Assembly (NCBI GenBank): GCA_964016885.1
Contig: OZ024750.1
Span: 21,142,001 to 21,206,000, forward strand
From: Eledone cirrhosa
Lineage: Eukaryota
Length of the DNA stretch: 64,000 nucleotides
Reading direction: 5' to 3'
Part shown: in pieces, positions 12,989 to 27,110 of the stretch
Layout of the letters: every line of letters begins with the position of its first letter
How positions within the stretch are numbered: position 1 is the stretch's first letter
The notes under the pieces: model-generated
Told to the model about the DNA's origin: nothing
Seen by the model: only the letters and a program-made list of their open reading frames with translations
Databases searched by the model: none
Translations under genes and position numbers: made by a program

Positions 12989-15627
12989 AATAATAGTAAA
13001 AGAGAGAGCTTGTAGATCGGACAACACACGCTGTCTTTTTCGGGGTGTAAGTTTTGATTAATTTTTGTATGTTCAAACATCCAAATTCAATAATATTTAT
13101 ACATACATTCCTTCATACATACACAAAGAGTGAGAAAGAGGTGCAGTTACATACACATCACCATGACCTGACATGAATGCCATAGAACTGTTGGAGTTTC
13201 ACAAGTTCACTCACGTACTTCATAATAATTAGTCATGTAAAGGAATCGGCTGAAGGTTATTTTCTAAATCGATTAGTAATTTAAGCACCTACCTTTGTTT
13301 CGTTCTCAAATGCATGGATATGATATCTATATGTTTTCAATATTCTATGTTTGATACGATTGAGAGCATTTAGCATCGTATCTTCTCAAACCAAAGAACT
13401 AGGAAAACCTTTCTAAAACATTAAAATGATTACTGAAGATGATTTAGGCCATATACGTACTGAACTAAATTATGCATTTAACATACACGACACATATTTA
13501 GACCTGCGTAGTTGCCGTGATTAGCCCCATAGTTTAATGCTGCGATCATCCCGCCATGCTTCTTCGTCGGAATTACGCATATTGTTCGTTCCCTATGTTT
13601 CCATCAGTCTTGAACCCCATGCCAACCCTACCTCTCTGTGGACCGAGTTTAACTGAGTGACTAAGACTTTAACGTTGTCATTATTAGCACTGAGTTCCAT
13701 TCTTACTGCTTGGCATCTCGATTAAGTGGCATACACATAATACAGTTATATGTTACGTCAACTGTGTAACTAAAACGAAGTTATGTTGTAGTAAGTCAAT
13801 ACTGTTAGACATGTTTCCAAATTTCAATTCTTAGTAGATCAATAACGAATATCAACTTCAATTATCAAATACAGCATCTCTTCCATTCTTCACAAGTAAG
13901 TAATAATTGATAAATGCTTATGATTCACCATTTCGAATGGCGACGAAGTAATTGAAAGATAATTGTTCCAACCGAGGCAGTATATATTGTCTGGAGTATT
14001 CCTGAAAATTTACTTGAAGCATTAGGCTAAATATATATCTGGAACTGTATCAATAACTAATACCTAAATTACAACTATTAAAAACAGGCATTAATTGATA
14101 CGGCTATTATTTCATGTGTATGCAAATCATCAGATTGATGTTGCCTCATGCTCCCTGCAAATGTGTCATTCCCGAGAAAAACGAAACAGAAGGGCAGAAA
14201 GAGCCAATCTGACTAGCTGGGCTCATCCTTTATCAGTTGTTCAGTGATGAAACGTCGATATCCAATATTACACCTTATCACCTTATTCAAACCCCGCTGT
14301 AAAATATCAAGTACTTATAATAGTATCAGCATAGTACTAGTAACACTATTGTGTACGTGAAGTGTATGACTCCTTGTGAATACAAGTGCTTGAATGTAAT
14401 GTGTTCTCTCGTCACATCTACATGTGCTATTCCAAGTTGTTATTCTAAAACTGAAAGATTACTGTCTTTCTAAAGCTTATGATAATATTCTGAAACAAAG
14501 TTATGAAAACTTCCTTGCGCTATATATAAGTGTATATATCATGTTTATCAAAATGTCTATCAAAAACGATGGCGATAGGACACATTTCTCTGTGCAAATA
14601 TATTGTTCGTATATATAAACAAACGTTTTCTTCTGAGGAAACATTTCGTATAGGCTTTGTTAATTATTCCGTATAATACACAGCAGGTTTCATAATCGCT
14701 ATAAGGCAATATACATATAATGTCTCTAACACGTAGCAGTAACGCCTCTTTATTTTCTGTCGGTCCTTATTATCTCTCTCTGTTTCTCCTTATTATATCC
14801 CTCCTTGCTTTTTATTCATTCCTCTTTCTTCATAATTGTAAATACATTTACATATATTCCAGGCGGTGTAGAGATTCTAACGAACACACTGCTCAAGAGC
14901 TTTCCTAAATACACAATATTGTTTATGTTCATGTGCTTGTGCCAAGGAAGGTTTTATAATTGCGTAGAATTTTCTGCCAAGGGCCACCAAGAGGAATTTA
15001 TCAATGCAAGACTATATATGTTGCCTTGTCTTAGATTTTAACAATTTACATACACACAGAGATACACACACGTACATAGTCACATACAACTTTACAACCA
15101 TCTTACACCAATACAAACGGCGTCGATAGCAACTTTCTCTTTATTTCAGTTCATTCTTTTCCCACATCTCACTTGCTTCTATCCTTTCCATTTTTTGCAC
15201 TCACATTTCTTTCTTCTTTATTTGGCTTCTTTCTATAGTTATTCTCTAGCGAAATTTACATCAGAGCATCTTTCCTTCAGTTATCTTTCTATCACCATTA
15301 ATATTACTCCTGTGTCTCCACCCGCCCCTCCTCATTATTTCTTGCTTAACTTTCCCCAGTTTCTAGTGTTGTAAAGTTTCAAGTCTTTCAAATCTTTCAG
15401 TTATCTCCTACTGGTGTCACGTTTTCTCAAATGTATTTGCCAATGAGTATTCTCACTTTCTCCAACGATAGCCTGTGGATGTAATTCTCTATATATATAT
15501 GAATGTATATATATATATATATAAAGAAGATCCACGTACATGGATGGATATATATAAATATATATATGTATATGTGTGTGTGTACGCTATCGCATACACA
15601 GTTGAATACGGAGAAAGGCAGTTGGGA

Positions 15628-15685
<58 letters not shown>

Positions 15686-15686
<1 letters not shown>

Positions 15687-15886
15687 ACGAAGGAAATGTA
15701 GTAAGGAACCAGGTGGACCAAAACGCATCAAAGTACTCAATACTTAGGGTAGTAGAGTGGGTAATAGGAACGAGTAGGACCCCGACGGCTGAGCTCAAGC
15801 CGTTTCGACGGCTAATTCTGGACGGCTAATTGGCCAGAATTAGCCGTCGAAACGGCTTGAGCTCAGCCGTCGGGGTCCTACTCGTT

Positions 15887-15891
<5 letters not shown>
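15686..15891 (-). mobile_element. FB-A fold-back element in (TA)n
   Basis: Same tail and arms as 12458 but a different palindrome centre (ctggacggctaattggccag). Confidence 0.9.
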
Positions 15892-15937
<46 letters not shown>

Positions 15938-16202
15938 AATAAACGCTTCCTGGAAATATAAATTTCGGTAGACATATGTGCATTATGAAACGTGTGTCTG
16001 TGTGTACCTGTAGATTATGTGTAAGATGTATGTATATGTACGTAGTTCGTCAGTCTGTGTGATCTGCCCATATGTGTTTGTATTTGTTTGTATATACGTC
16101 AATGGTAATTCACTTATGTATGTATGTATCACGTTGGAAATGTTCACCACAACTACTGAATTTGTTTAAGCTTTCTCTAATTACATTTCTAGAAGAAAAA
16201 AA

Positions 16203-16278
16203 ATATATATATATATACATACACATTTATATACATAGGTACATATATATATATGTACATACATATATACATATTTAT

Positions 16279-16377
<99 letters not shown>

Positions 16378-16446
16378 CACATTTATATACATAGGTACAT
16401 ATATATATATATATATACATACATATATACATATTTATATACATAC

Positions 16447-16488
<42 letters not shown>

Positions 16489-16570
16489 ATTGAGTTCTTC
16501 ATACGGATTGGACACTACCGTAGACTTTTGGTAGATTTATCTACATATATATATATATATATATATATAT
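16203..16570. repeat. (TA)n-rich tract with an internal duplication and a short insert (16490-16545)
   Basis: catacacatttatatacataggtac occurs twice; insert actaccgtagacttttggtagatttatctac resembles the reverse complement of 51857-51888. Confidence 0.8.
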
Positions 16571-17129
16571 GCCTGTCTGTGTCTATTGTTTTGCTACGCA
16601 ATATTTATATCCAGACTACATTGAGATATAATGGTGTGATATATCCTCCGTTAATTCAGTACAATATATATATCATTAAGTTTGTTATATATCCCTACGT
16701 ATGTGCTCTCACTCTTCATCACAATTGTTTATTCTCCAAGAAGATAAAGACAATAGCTATGAATGACTAATAACGCGAATGATTTTACAATGTTTATATA
16801 CTTATGTGGATTAATTCAGGAAATAGATTCCCACTTTAAAACACAAGATTATCTCATGCTGTGAATGACAACAATAAAACTAAATCAAACCTACGCTCAA
16901 ACTTCATTACAATCTCGTACACAAATATTTCTTATAGTTTTTAATGTGATCTGTGACTCAATTATAATGACCTATGTGCCACCACAGTCATACAACAAGT
17001 CGAGTCAATTTGCTTGATGTGTGACTCTTAACCAATGTTACGCGATATTCGACTTAGATGAAGATTCATCTTATTTGCTGTATGAAAATTTACACTGAGC
17101 TTTAAATATAATCTGCATAATTTGAGCAC

Positions 17130-17172
<43 letters not shown>

Positions 17173-17314
17173 CTGTTAGAAATGTAGGGGTGCCGTATTG
17201 AAATACGGCTATTTTAGGGCATCTTCAAACCTGGCGGAGCCTATCACACTCCAGGCCTGAGTACACCAGATTTCAGAGAAAGATAGGATGAGAAAGATAT
17301 ATAGAGGACAAATC

Positions 17315-17398
17315 TACCCCAGTACTAGACTGGTACTTTTTTTTATCGACCTCGAAAGGATGAAAGTCAAAGTTGACCTCGGCGGGATTTAAACGCAG
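17315..17398 (-). mobile_element. SINE family A-related fragment
   Basis: ctggtactttttttatcgacctcgaaaggatgaaagtcaaagttgacctcggcgggatttaaac. Confidence 0.7.
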
Positions 17399-17442
17399 AG
17401 AGGAGAGAATGGAAACGAATAACATAAATGTGTCTACAAATT

Positions 17443-17489
<47 letters not shown>

Positions 17490-17504
17490 ATATATATATA
17501 TATA

Positions 17505-17650
17505 AAAACAGATGGAATCGAAAATGCAACTGGAGTCTTATTTTTTAAAATATATATATATTTATTTGGTTCCTTTACCGGTTTCGCAGTTCTTCTGCTT
17601 TTCAAAAGTAGAGTTGAGATGGAGGGTCTGTGTTTTTTCTCACATCAGAT
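17505..17650 (-). mobile_element. FB-E element between TA tracts
   Basis: Homologous to 7595-7718; (TA)n on both sides. Confidence 0.75.
17572..17609 (-). ncRNA. Minimal type-I hammerhead motif, U3-A8 core variant
   Basis: Minus strand actt-TTGAAAA-gcag aagaa ctgc-GAAA-ccgg-TA-aagg: perfect 4-bp stem II, palindromic stem III, GUA triplet. Confidence 0.7.
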
Positions 17651-17657
17651 ATATATG

Positions 17658-17738
<81 letters not shown>

Positions 17739-18819
17739 CAATCAGTGTTATTATTGATACTGCTTTTGTCTCCGACTTACACGCCCTCATCTTTCCCAAT
17801 ATACACCTGTATTGCAGAATCGGCGGTGGCTATGTTCAGCTGAAGGTAAATCATGGGCGTTACTTGCTCATGTATCAAAGATGCGATTCATCAATAAATC
17901 GTGTACCCTGCTATTTTCTTGATGACATACTCGGACGTCAGGAAATTTCCCCCCTCTTGGAGTGCATGGAGTACACGGAACTCAATGTTCATGTTTCCAC
18001 TATTTTCATATCGTATCTACCCTGAGGCGTAGAATTCGTCCTCAGATCCAGGGGACTTGATCATTCCGAGAAGGTAGACTTGTTGAAAAGACTGTGTTAT
18101 GAAAATGTTCACTATCACTTTAATAATTATCAGGTGTTTCTGCGAATTATTTTTCAATTAATTAATCTTTATAATTATGATTATTTACTTTACGTAATTA
18201 TTTATTTTATACGCTTTATAATTATTTGTTATTAGGGCTATTATTTTCCGTTTTTACAACTTTTATAATAATTCCTTGTAATTATTTACTGTTAATATTT
18301 TTAACACTTTTGTATTATATCTTATTATTTTCGTTGTTATTACTGTCAACCCTACAATATCCCTTTAACAGTGCATCCCTTTAAGGCTTTATTGCCATTT
18401 TACATGAATTCTCCGTCATACAACGCTGATTTCGCCCAAACCCAGAATAGGTATCACAGTTCCAATGCTGCTACCAGACCATTGGGTTGCAGACATTCAA
18501 CTAATGATTGTTATGTGGCGGGTGTGTGATAGGCTATAATTGATATCATCACATATCAACATTTGGCCTAACTACGGTCACTGTGCTACCCTCTTGGCCA
18601 AGTATGCAAGACCGCCATGCAAAACATTGAAAAGAGGGTGATCATACGGAGGTGATGCCCTGATGGATATTGAACAGCTAGCCCATGCAAGCTACATATC
18701 ACACATTTTGTGTTTTTATGGTGCAGTACCCTTCAACGATTGCTTAACTAAATCTGTTATGTTCATGCCATCTGGGTTTTTTTACATCATGGTCTACATG
18801 TATATCCCGAGTTAAATGG

Positions 18820-18968
18820 AGGGTAATCATAGTAAATGGGGTACTCAATATATTAGTAGAGTGTAAACATCAATATTTAATCGAAAAAAAAACGGCTGCT
18901 GTAGGACTAGAAATGTGTCATTCATATGAAATCATCAGGAGTCATGTAGACTCAATTTCTATATTAAA
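18820..18968 (-). mobile_element. FB-C element, diverged
   Basis: Minus strand CTGATGA-tttcatatgaat-GACA-catttctagTC-ctacag; ends atttctatattaaata like the copy at 25238. Confidence 0.6.
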
Positions 18969-19371
18969 TACATACATACTTACATAAATATGTTCATACA
19001 TACATACATACATTAGGTGTGTGTGTGTTATGCGAAAGTTTGAGACGTAGTTGAATTAATCAATCAATCTATCCCACATATCAAGTATAGGGAAAAAGAA
19101 TATGTAATTGGGTGTAGTGTTGGGTATGAGGAACACAATTCCATCTAAACAATTCTGATTTCTAAGAATGGAAAATAAAATATTTCCCTCGATATGCCAT
19201 TTTACTTTTGTTAAATATTACACTACTGTATCTCTATATTCTCTTTTAGAAATTGCCGCTTGCTTTTCTCGCTTTCAATCTCGACATCTATATATCTATC
19301 GCTTGATTTATCAATCTATCCGTCTTTTTCTATCCATCTATTTATCTAGCCAACTACGTACCTGCCTACCT

Positions 19372-19469
<98 letters not shown>

Positions 19470-19806
19470 TGCAAACTGTCTATTCTTTTGAATTGATACA
19501 ATATTTTGTTTGACTTTTCCAGACATCAACATGTTCTGTGACAAATACATTATATGTTTGCGTGATTTTGTCATGAATAAGGTGGGACTTAAAATACTAT
19601 GAGACCTGTAGTTATTCAAATACTATTGTACATAAAAGAAGTACTAAATTATCTCAACATGAATCTTTTATAATCTCTCTCAACAAACTAGTAAACATTA
19701 TATGTATATGTATGTTTGTGTGTGTCTGATGACCCTCTGATAAACAGGTGAAACTCCAATACTACTTAGCCTTAAGAAAAGGCATATATATATACTATAT
19801 ATATAT

Positions 19807-19847
<41 letters not shown>

Positions 19848-19849
<2 letters not shown>

Positions 19850-20002
19850 GTAATAATAAAGTTGAAGACTAAAATCCAAAAAGGGCTCGATAAGGATAAA
19901 TATATATCATATATATAAGAACCGTAGAGCAAATATTTATTAAAATAACAGATTAAAGTTTAAGCAAAGAATCACTGCTTTCACCCTTAACGGGATCTTC
20001 TG
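19848..20002 (-). mobile_element. FB-B element (left half of a chimera)
   Basis: Full family B tail through ctttcacccttaacgggatcttc. Confidence 0.8.
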
Positions 20003-20006
20003 CGTA

Positions 20007-20113
20007 TGGTGCGTGTGTTTTTTATTGGCAACATGACCCTCCCAAAGCATATCAATATCGGTTTCAACACACGTTTTCAGATAAAGAATCTTGCTAAACA
20101 AATTTACAAACGA
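20007..20113 (+). mobile_element. FB-D element (right half of a chimera)
   Basis: ggcaacatgaccctcccaaagcatatcaatatcggtttcaacacacg...cttgctaaac matches 41525-41594. Confidence 0.8.
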
Positions 20114-20566
20114 AATATATATATATTTCCTGGACTTTTCCGACGGAATTACTTCATTCACACACACATATATATATATATATATAGTGGGATCAATAAG
20201 ATCAACTAAGCCACAGCTTGACCTCAGTTTATTTGCTAAGGCCAGTAAAACAATATCTCTTTCCCACACCTCTCTCTCTCTAGCAGTGTATCTCATCTCA
20301 TAAGTTTCACACGTGGAGACAAATACCAAATGTATTATTTCATATGCAATTATATATATTTCATAACCTATTGACCTGCCCAACATGCAATGTGTCTAGT
20401 TATACATGCCATATATGGAAATAGGCAGTGAAGGAAATCTGTTTAGTAGGCAGGGGTTTATACTCATAACGTCGTGAATGCCATTCCTGGACCGGGCGGC
20501 GCAATGTTTTTGAGCATGACGCACTTTACTTTGCTTTCCACACACACACATACACACATATATATT

Positions 20567-20599
<33 letters not shown>

Positions 20600-21730
20600 A
20601 TGTATATTGAAAAGATAACAAGGACGATTGGTTACTCCTTCATTACATTTATTGGTTGTTAACGAGCATTTCGCCACTGATCAGCTCAAGGTTCGATCTG
20701 TATCGAACTTACCCGACGCTGTAATCCTCAGCTCGACGGACCCCTTAAAATGCTAGTAGAAAATAAATACATGCTATATGATAAAATCAGAAGTTCATAT
20801 GTTGGTCAATAAGGATTGTTTTGATTGGTGGAATAGATCATAGGGATGTTTTCCTCTGTAGTGTATGTGGAGGTGGATGTGATGATAAGATGGTGGTGAC
20901 GGTGGCAGGCTGAGATGAGTGGGGTGTGCGTGGGGGGGGGCGTTGTCGGTAGACAGATTGGCGTATATTCGTGGCTGATTATTATGTAGGTGTGGTGTTG
21001 TTGTTTATGGCAATGGTGTTTATGTCAGCCTGCGACCGTATCTCATTAAGAAGTGTTACACCATAACTCTGCTTTGTGTAAGATGCACATAAAAGCTTTG
21101 TCATCATGAATGTCTTCCCCTTGTAAAACATTGCCTCATAAAGAAATCCATGATGATTATGAATACGTTATGGGATCTGCATAATGATCTCACTGTCTTA
21201 GGCGTAGAATAGGTTCACTGTTTCGCTGTATCTCGTAAAAGTCTTACTAAACGTAAAAGTCTTACTAAACCCTGTTGAGGCAGAATTCTAGGAGAAGGAA
21301 AACTTTGATATAACACCTGCAACCCTGATAGTATCCAATGATGTTGACTTGATCTTCTTTTTGGTAAATATCATCTTGGTTAAGACAGTGGGACTGGCTT
21401 TGTGCAGTGCCTTTGCTCACTATAAAAGCTTCAAGGCACAGACATTGCTTTATATCTGGAGATCTCTCTGCTCTTGTCGTCACAGGGTATCATGGTCCCA
21501 ACAATATGTGTCAATAATTGTCACAAGGGTAGTGTTTGTACCAGAGTTTTCAAGTCGCTGGCTGGACTAAAATGTCACACTCGTTCAGCGCATCGGTAGG
21601 GGTTCTCCTCCATGGATATAACGTAGTGGCCGTACTCGAAAACGAGTTGGAGGCCACCATGTATGTATGTATGTATATATATATATATATATCATAGATT
21701 GAGTTAGAAACTCAAAATAGTCTTTTATTC

Positions 21731-21792
<62 letters not shown>

Positions 21793-22117
21793 GCAGCATT
21801 TCTGTATTTGATTTGCATGATTCGTGATTGGTATTCATGTGTTAAAGAAGATATTATACTTAGGGAGTGCAGCCCCTGCAATAGAAACAGATGGTACATT
21901 ATTGTATTGCTCCCAGAAGTATTTGAAGTTAGGAGTTAAAGGGCCATAACTAGATGCTATCAAATATTTTATCCGTGCGACTCAGCAGTATGATGCTCCT
22001 AAATTCATGTCTATCCATCCACCTGTCCACTCATTCATTTATTTCACTCTCCCCCTCCCCATGCACTCGTTCTCTCTCTCCCACTCCCTATCTATCTATC
22101 TCTCTCTATATATATAA

Positions 22118-22186
<69 letters not shown>

Positions 22187-22223
22187 TATACATACATGTA
22201 TACGTGCGCGTATCTGTGTGAGC

Positions 22224-22260
<37 letters not shown>

Positions 22261-22774
22261 AAGAGCTCAACTATATAGCTGTTAGTGTGTCCGGTAAACA
22301 TTAACATATTGCTTGAAAAAAATCAATAAAATTAATAAACGCGTTGATACTTATTCAAACGTAGTGTGTAAATTCCCTCGCTTCTATACTATTTTGTATT
22401 TTATCAATTTCTTTTATATGTCCTATGACTCATTTCTATAGTTGCCATTTTGTGTGCAACCGTGTATAGTCTTCTTCCATTTTAACTGTCACTTGTCTTA
22501 GTTTTATGTGAAGCAGGTTGATGTGTTTCCACTGAAATTACAGAAGATAATATATGTGGAGATTATAAAGATTGAAGCTATTCCTATACAATACATATAA
22601 TTGAACACGGACTTGAATAATGTCTGGTTAGTGTTTCAAAGTAATTCTGTATTTCTCCAACCTTTTTTTATGCTATACTTTGCGATATCGATGATTTGAT
22701 GAATAAGACAAAGAATTCGCAAGAGTGAGTAAAATTAAAGAAAACATTGTATGAATAAATAGTAATAATAATAA

Positions 22775-22985
22775 TAATTGCTTCTACTTTTATAACAAGG
22801 CCAGCAATATGAAGGGAAACAGAAAATCTATGAAATCGATCCCAGTGTATTACTGGAATTGATTTTATCGATCACGTTACGATGAAACGCAAAGCTGCGC
22901 TCTGCTAGATTCAGAACGTATAGAGTTGGAACTAAATGCCGGAAAGCGAGTTGTCCGATGCTCTATCGTTATTGCTAACTCAGGG
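22775..22985 (-). mobile_element. Diverged SINE family A relative
   Basis: ttctacttttataacaaggccagcaat...cccagtgtattactggaattgattttatcgatc. Confidence 0.6.
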
Positions 22986-23651
22986 TCTTTTAACGATTTC
23001 TAGTATTGGTACACGGCCAGCAATTTGGAGGAGGTTACTTTACTGCTATTTTAAGATTGGTTGACATTGGCGTTATTTCAATCCAGAACGTAAAGAATCG
23101 GCATCAAAATGTTGAATATTGCAATAGATTCAGTTTGTAACAATTCTGTCCGTTTCAATTCCAACTGTACGCCATGTCATATTATAGTGCTTCTGTCTAA
23201 TGATTCCAGGGATACATATATTCTTAGCGTAACGTTGAGCGAGATTCAAAGTCTATCTAAGTGTATGTAGCTATAACATATTTTGCCAGATGAGTGAACT
23301 GGTGTCAGGGGAGACCATGTCATTCTCGAGGCGATAGCCCATCCTGAATCGAACGTAAAATGTTATGCCCGTGAGCAGATTACCTTCACCACTAAGCCAC
23401 ACGGTTTCGCAGATATTGTAAAACATTATTGAATGTAATTTTGCAAAATTCTATATTTCATATCAATATAACACGAAATGTATCTGCAACCGGCAGAGTG
23501 GTAGTTTCTCTATGAAATAAATCACTTGAAATACTCATTTCTCTATACATGACAGGGGGAAATAATTTTAATACACATGTTAAAATTTAATGTTATTATA
23601 TGATGTGAATTATTGAAGTTTCGCATCTAGACGTCATGTATGTGCGAGCTG

Positions 23652-23712
<61 letters not shown>

Positions 23713-23848
23713 GATAACAAATTATCGTTATAGGTATATATATATATATATGTATTATGTATGTATATGTGAGTGTGTGTAAATATGTATATGTGAAAAT
23801 ATGTCCTCTCTCTGTCTATATATATATATATATATATATAAAGTAAAT

Positions 23849-23880
<32 letters not shown>

Positions 23881-24281
23881 AAGTAAATTATACATATACC
23901 TTTATATTTTTCTGCGTGCATATATATATATACATACAGACATACATACATAGAGGCATATAGGCATACATAAAAATATATATGCATGTGTATGCTACAT
24001 ATATGTGTAAAATGATTGAAAGAAAAACGTAAACTCGAGACATTTGTCAAAAACTGTGACATCCCACATAATTATTATTACATACTGAGATATAAATCAC
24101 ACAACACATGATAGTAAAAAAATATTTCAAATCTTTCTCCTTTAATAATATATTTTATGTATGTATTTTATTTCATATTGTAACTCCTGAAAAATAATAC
24201 CTTAGTTGTTATGTAGAGGTTCCAAGGCGAAGCTTACAAAAGAAAGCTGTAGTTATCCATGTTTATGAACGTATATATATA

Positions 24282-24322
<41 letters not shown>

Positions 24323-24324
<2 letters not shown>

Positions 24325-24410
24325 TAAAATAACAGATTAAAGTTTAAGCAAAGAATCGCTTAAGGTTTTATCGAACCCTCATTAGATTTTAGTCTTCAAA
24401 TTTATTATTA

Positions 24411-24462
<52 letters not shown>

Positions 24463-24583
24463 TAACAGATTAAAGTTTAAGCAAAGAATCGCTGCTTTCA
24501 CCCTTAACTGGATCTTCTGAAACTAACCAATATTTATCCTTATCGAGCCTTCTTTGGATTTTAGTCTTCAAATCTGTTAAAAT

Positions 24584-24588
<5 letters not shown>
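24323..24588 (+). mobile_element. Two FB-B elements (24323-24413, 24456-24588) separated by (TA)n
   Basis: Both begin attaaaataacagattaaagtttaagcaaagaatcgct (inverted arm) and switch at different points to the sense tail ttatcgag...ttttagtcttcaaat. Confidence 0.85.
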
Positions 24589-24634
<46 letters not shown>

Positions 24635-24664
24635 TACGCATATATACATATGTACATATATATA

Positions 24665-24722
<58 letters not shown>

Positions 24723-24723
<1 letters not shown>

Positions 24724-24746
24724 TGTTCAATCCCAGTCTTGGCAGT

Positions 24747-24788
<42 letters not shown>

Positions 24789-24810
24789 ACTGCCAAGACT
24801 GGGATTGAAC
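24723..24810. repeat. Inverted repeat of about 25 bp flanking a (TA)n spacer
   Basis: gttcaatcccagtcttggcagtcaat-(AT)n-attgactgccaagactgggattgaac. Confidence 0.9.
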
Positions 24811-24982
24811 CATCAGCACAGTTGGGGTATGTCAGCCATCAATTTATATTATCTGATGGGGACGTACTGATGGAAAAGCTCAGTACCTCTGAAATATATA
24901 TAATAGAATATATTTGATCACATGAATGTCTATATTTATTAATATTTTGAAGTAATGTTATATATAATATATATATGTATAT

Positions 24983-25128
24983 ATAGGAAAATGATTGACC
25001 CCGTTTCGACGGCTTGAGCTCTGTCGTCGGGGTCAATCATTTTCATATTACCCACTCTACTACCCTAAGTATTCGGTATTCTGGTGCGTTATGGTTCATC
25101 TGGTTCCTTGCCACACTTCCTTCGTCTT
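24983..25128 (+). mobile_element. FB-A element, diverged, short inverted arm
   Basis: ataggaaaatgattgacccc / ggggtcaatcattttcatat plus the family A tail. Confidence 0.85.
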
Positions 25129-25237
25129 ATATATATATATTGTATATATATATATATATTTATATAAATACATGTGTGTGTGTACGTGTGTGTGTGTGTG
25201 TATCTGTGGGCGTATGTATGTGTACCCCTCCCCGTCC

Positions 25238-25410
25238 AATCGGAGTTAACCACAGTAAGTAAGGTACTCAATACATAGCAGAGTATAACTATTTAATATA
25301 GAAATGGATTGCTTCTACAGGACTAGAACTGTTACATTCGAAGGAAATCCTGATGATCTCATTTGAATGAAACATTTATAATCCTGTAGTGGCTATTTCT
25401 ATATTAAATA
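25238..25410 (-). mobile_element. FB-C fold-back element; inverted arm carries CTGATGA...GAAA at 25350-25372
   Basis: tttaatatagaaat...ctacagga / tcctgtag...atttctatattaaa inverted arms; tail at left. Confidence 0.8.
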
Positions 25411-25443
25411 TATATATATACTTAATATTTGAATGTGTGTGTA

Positions 25444-25481
<38 letters not shown>

Positions 25482-25486
<5 letters not shown>

Positions 25487-25645
25487 ATAATAATAAATTT
25501 GAAGACCAAAATCCAAAGAGGGCTCGATAAGGATATATCAATTATATATAAGCACCCTAGAGTAAATATTTATTAAAATAACAGATCAAAGTTTAAGCAA
25601 AGAATCGCTGCTTTCACCCTCTAAACTTTTATCTGTCATTTTAAT
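25482..25645 (-). mobile_element. FB-B fold-back element
   Basis: Family B tail to ctttcaccct, then a short inverted arm taaacttttatctgtcattttaat. Confidence 0.85.
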
Positions 25646-25723
25646 AAATATATATATAATTTATATGTGTGTGCGTTTAAATGTATATATAATATGTCTG
25701 TGTGAGTGTATATGTATATATAA

Positions 25724-25756
<33 letters not shown>

Positions 25757-26980
25757 GCGTGCAATTTTCATGTATTTAAAAAAAAACTGCTGCATTCGAT
25801 GCAGCTTCTGTTCATGAGAAAGACTTATCTCGAGTTGTCCCTATGATATAAATACACAGTTCTTCTTGACTGAGAAATAAACTGTTAAACACGCAACCAT
25901 GCTTTGTATTTTCGGTTCATATAACATATATGTGGTGATATAAGAACATATTTTTTTTAATTTGTTAAATTTGAGATATGTATATAGTTTGAGTCTAAAA
26001 CCCTGTATTACTCGTGTGTGGTGGTGCTACCTTACGGTACAATTCGTGTTTATTCATTTCGGCTTTCTCACTCGACTGGCTACACCAATATATTTTAACT
26101 TTAACAAACAGCAAATAATCAGCTTACGTCAGAAAAACAAATGAATGTCCATAGAGATGGCCTTCAATGAAGAATAATGATGTTTTCGGCTTGAATTAAA
26201 GATGTCTGAATATGTTTTAGAATTACAACAAATGGAATCTAGATTTTGAAGTACTTCCCTATAGAAAGCATTACAGTAAAGTTGAATGAATTTTTTTTCA
26301 TTTTCCATCAGTGATCTGATGCGTCTCTAATGTAATAAAACTTGAATCTTCAGACAGACGCTGTCGCCTATAGTGTCTCCAACATGCAATATAACTAGTG
26401 TAATACATTAAACAGATATCTGGTGACGGAAGAAACAAAAAAAAAAGCAAAACATATATAGAGGAAACTATAAAACTCGTGTGGTGTTGATAAAAAGATC
26501 TAAATATTTCGAAATAACCAATTCGCAACCTTTCGGCATTTAATAATCTGAACGGCGTTATAATTAGTCTGAGCAAAATTAATTCGTCACTGAAAGATCG
26601 GTGGCGTATATAATGTTAAACCTTTATAATTTACTTCAGGGAAAACCTAAAAACACAGGTCACTCCAAAACCTGTGAGCGAAATGAGCAGTTAAAAAGTT
26701 AAATATTTTACACCATTCAACTAATTCTCATATTGATTCAGTTCTGGAGCAAATTGGGCAACTACAATTGCCCACAGCACCGGAGTTAGAAATGCCTTAT
26801 GACAAGAATACATAAACTGTGATGAAACCATTTCTATGCACGGATAGAGACTAACAAGTATCACCTCTTAGTATGATAAAAGAATACTTAATATCTAATG
26901 TGGAATAGAGTAATTATTTTCACGCCCGTTAAATCATCCTGATATATAGATATATGTGTGTGTGTGTGTGTATATATATA

Positions 26981-27013
<33 letters not shown>

Positions 27014-27026
27014 CTAAAGTCTAAAG

Positions 27027-27110
<84 letters not shown>

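Noticed and set aside
17740-18025. Non-repetitive 95-codon open stretch
   Set aside because: No recognisable protein motif, the start lies in a microsatellite, and splice signals are weak.
19726-19760. Hammerhead ribozyme CTGATGA-ccctctgataaacaggt-GAAAC
   Set aside because: Core boxes and stem II are present, but no stem III, NUH or stem I follows; at most a truncated remnant.
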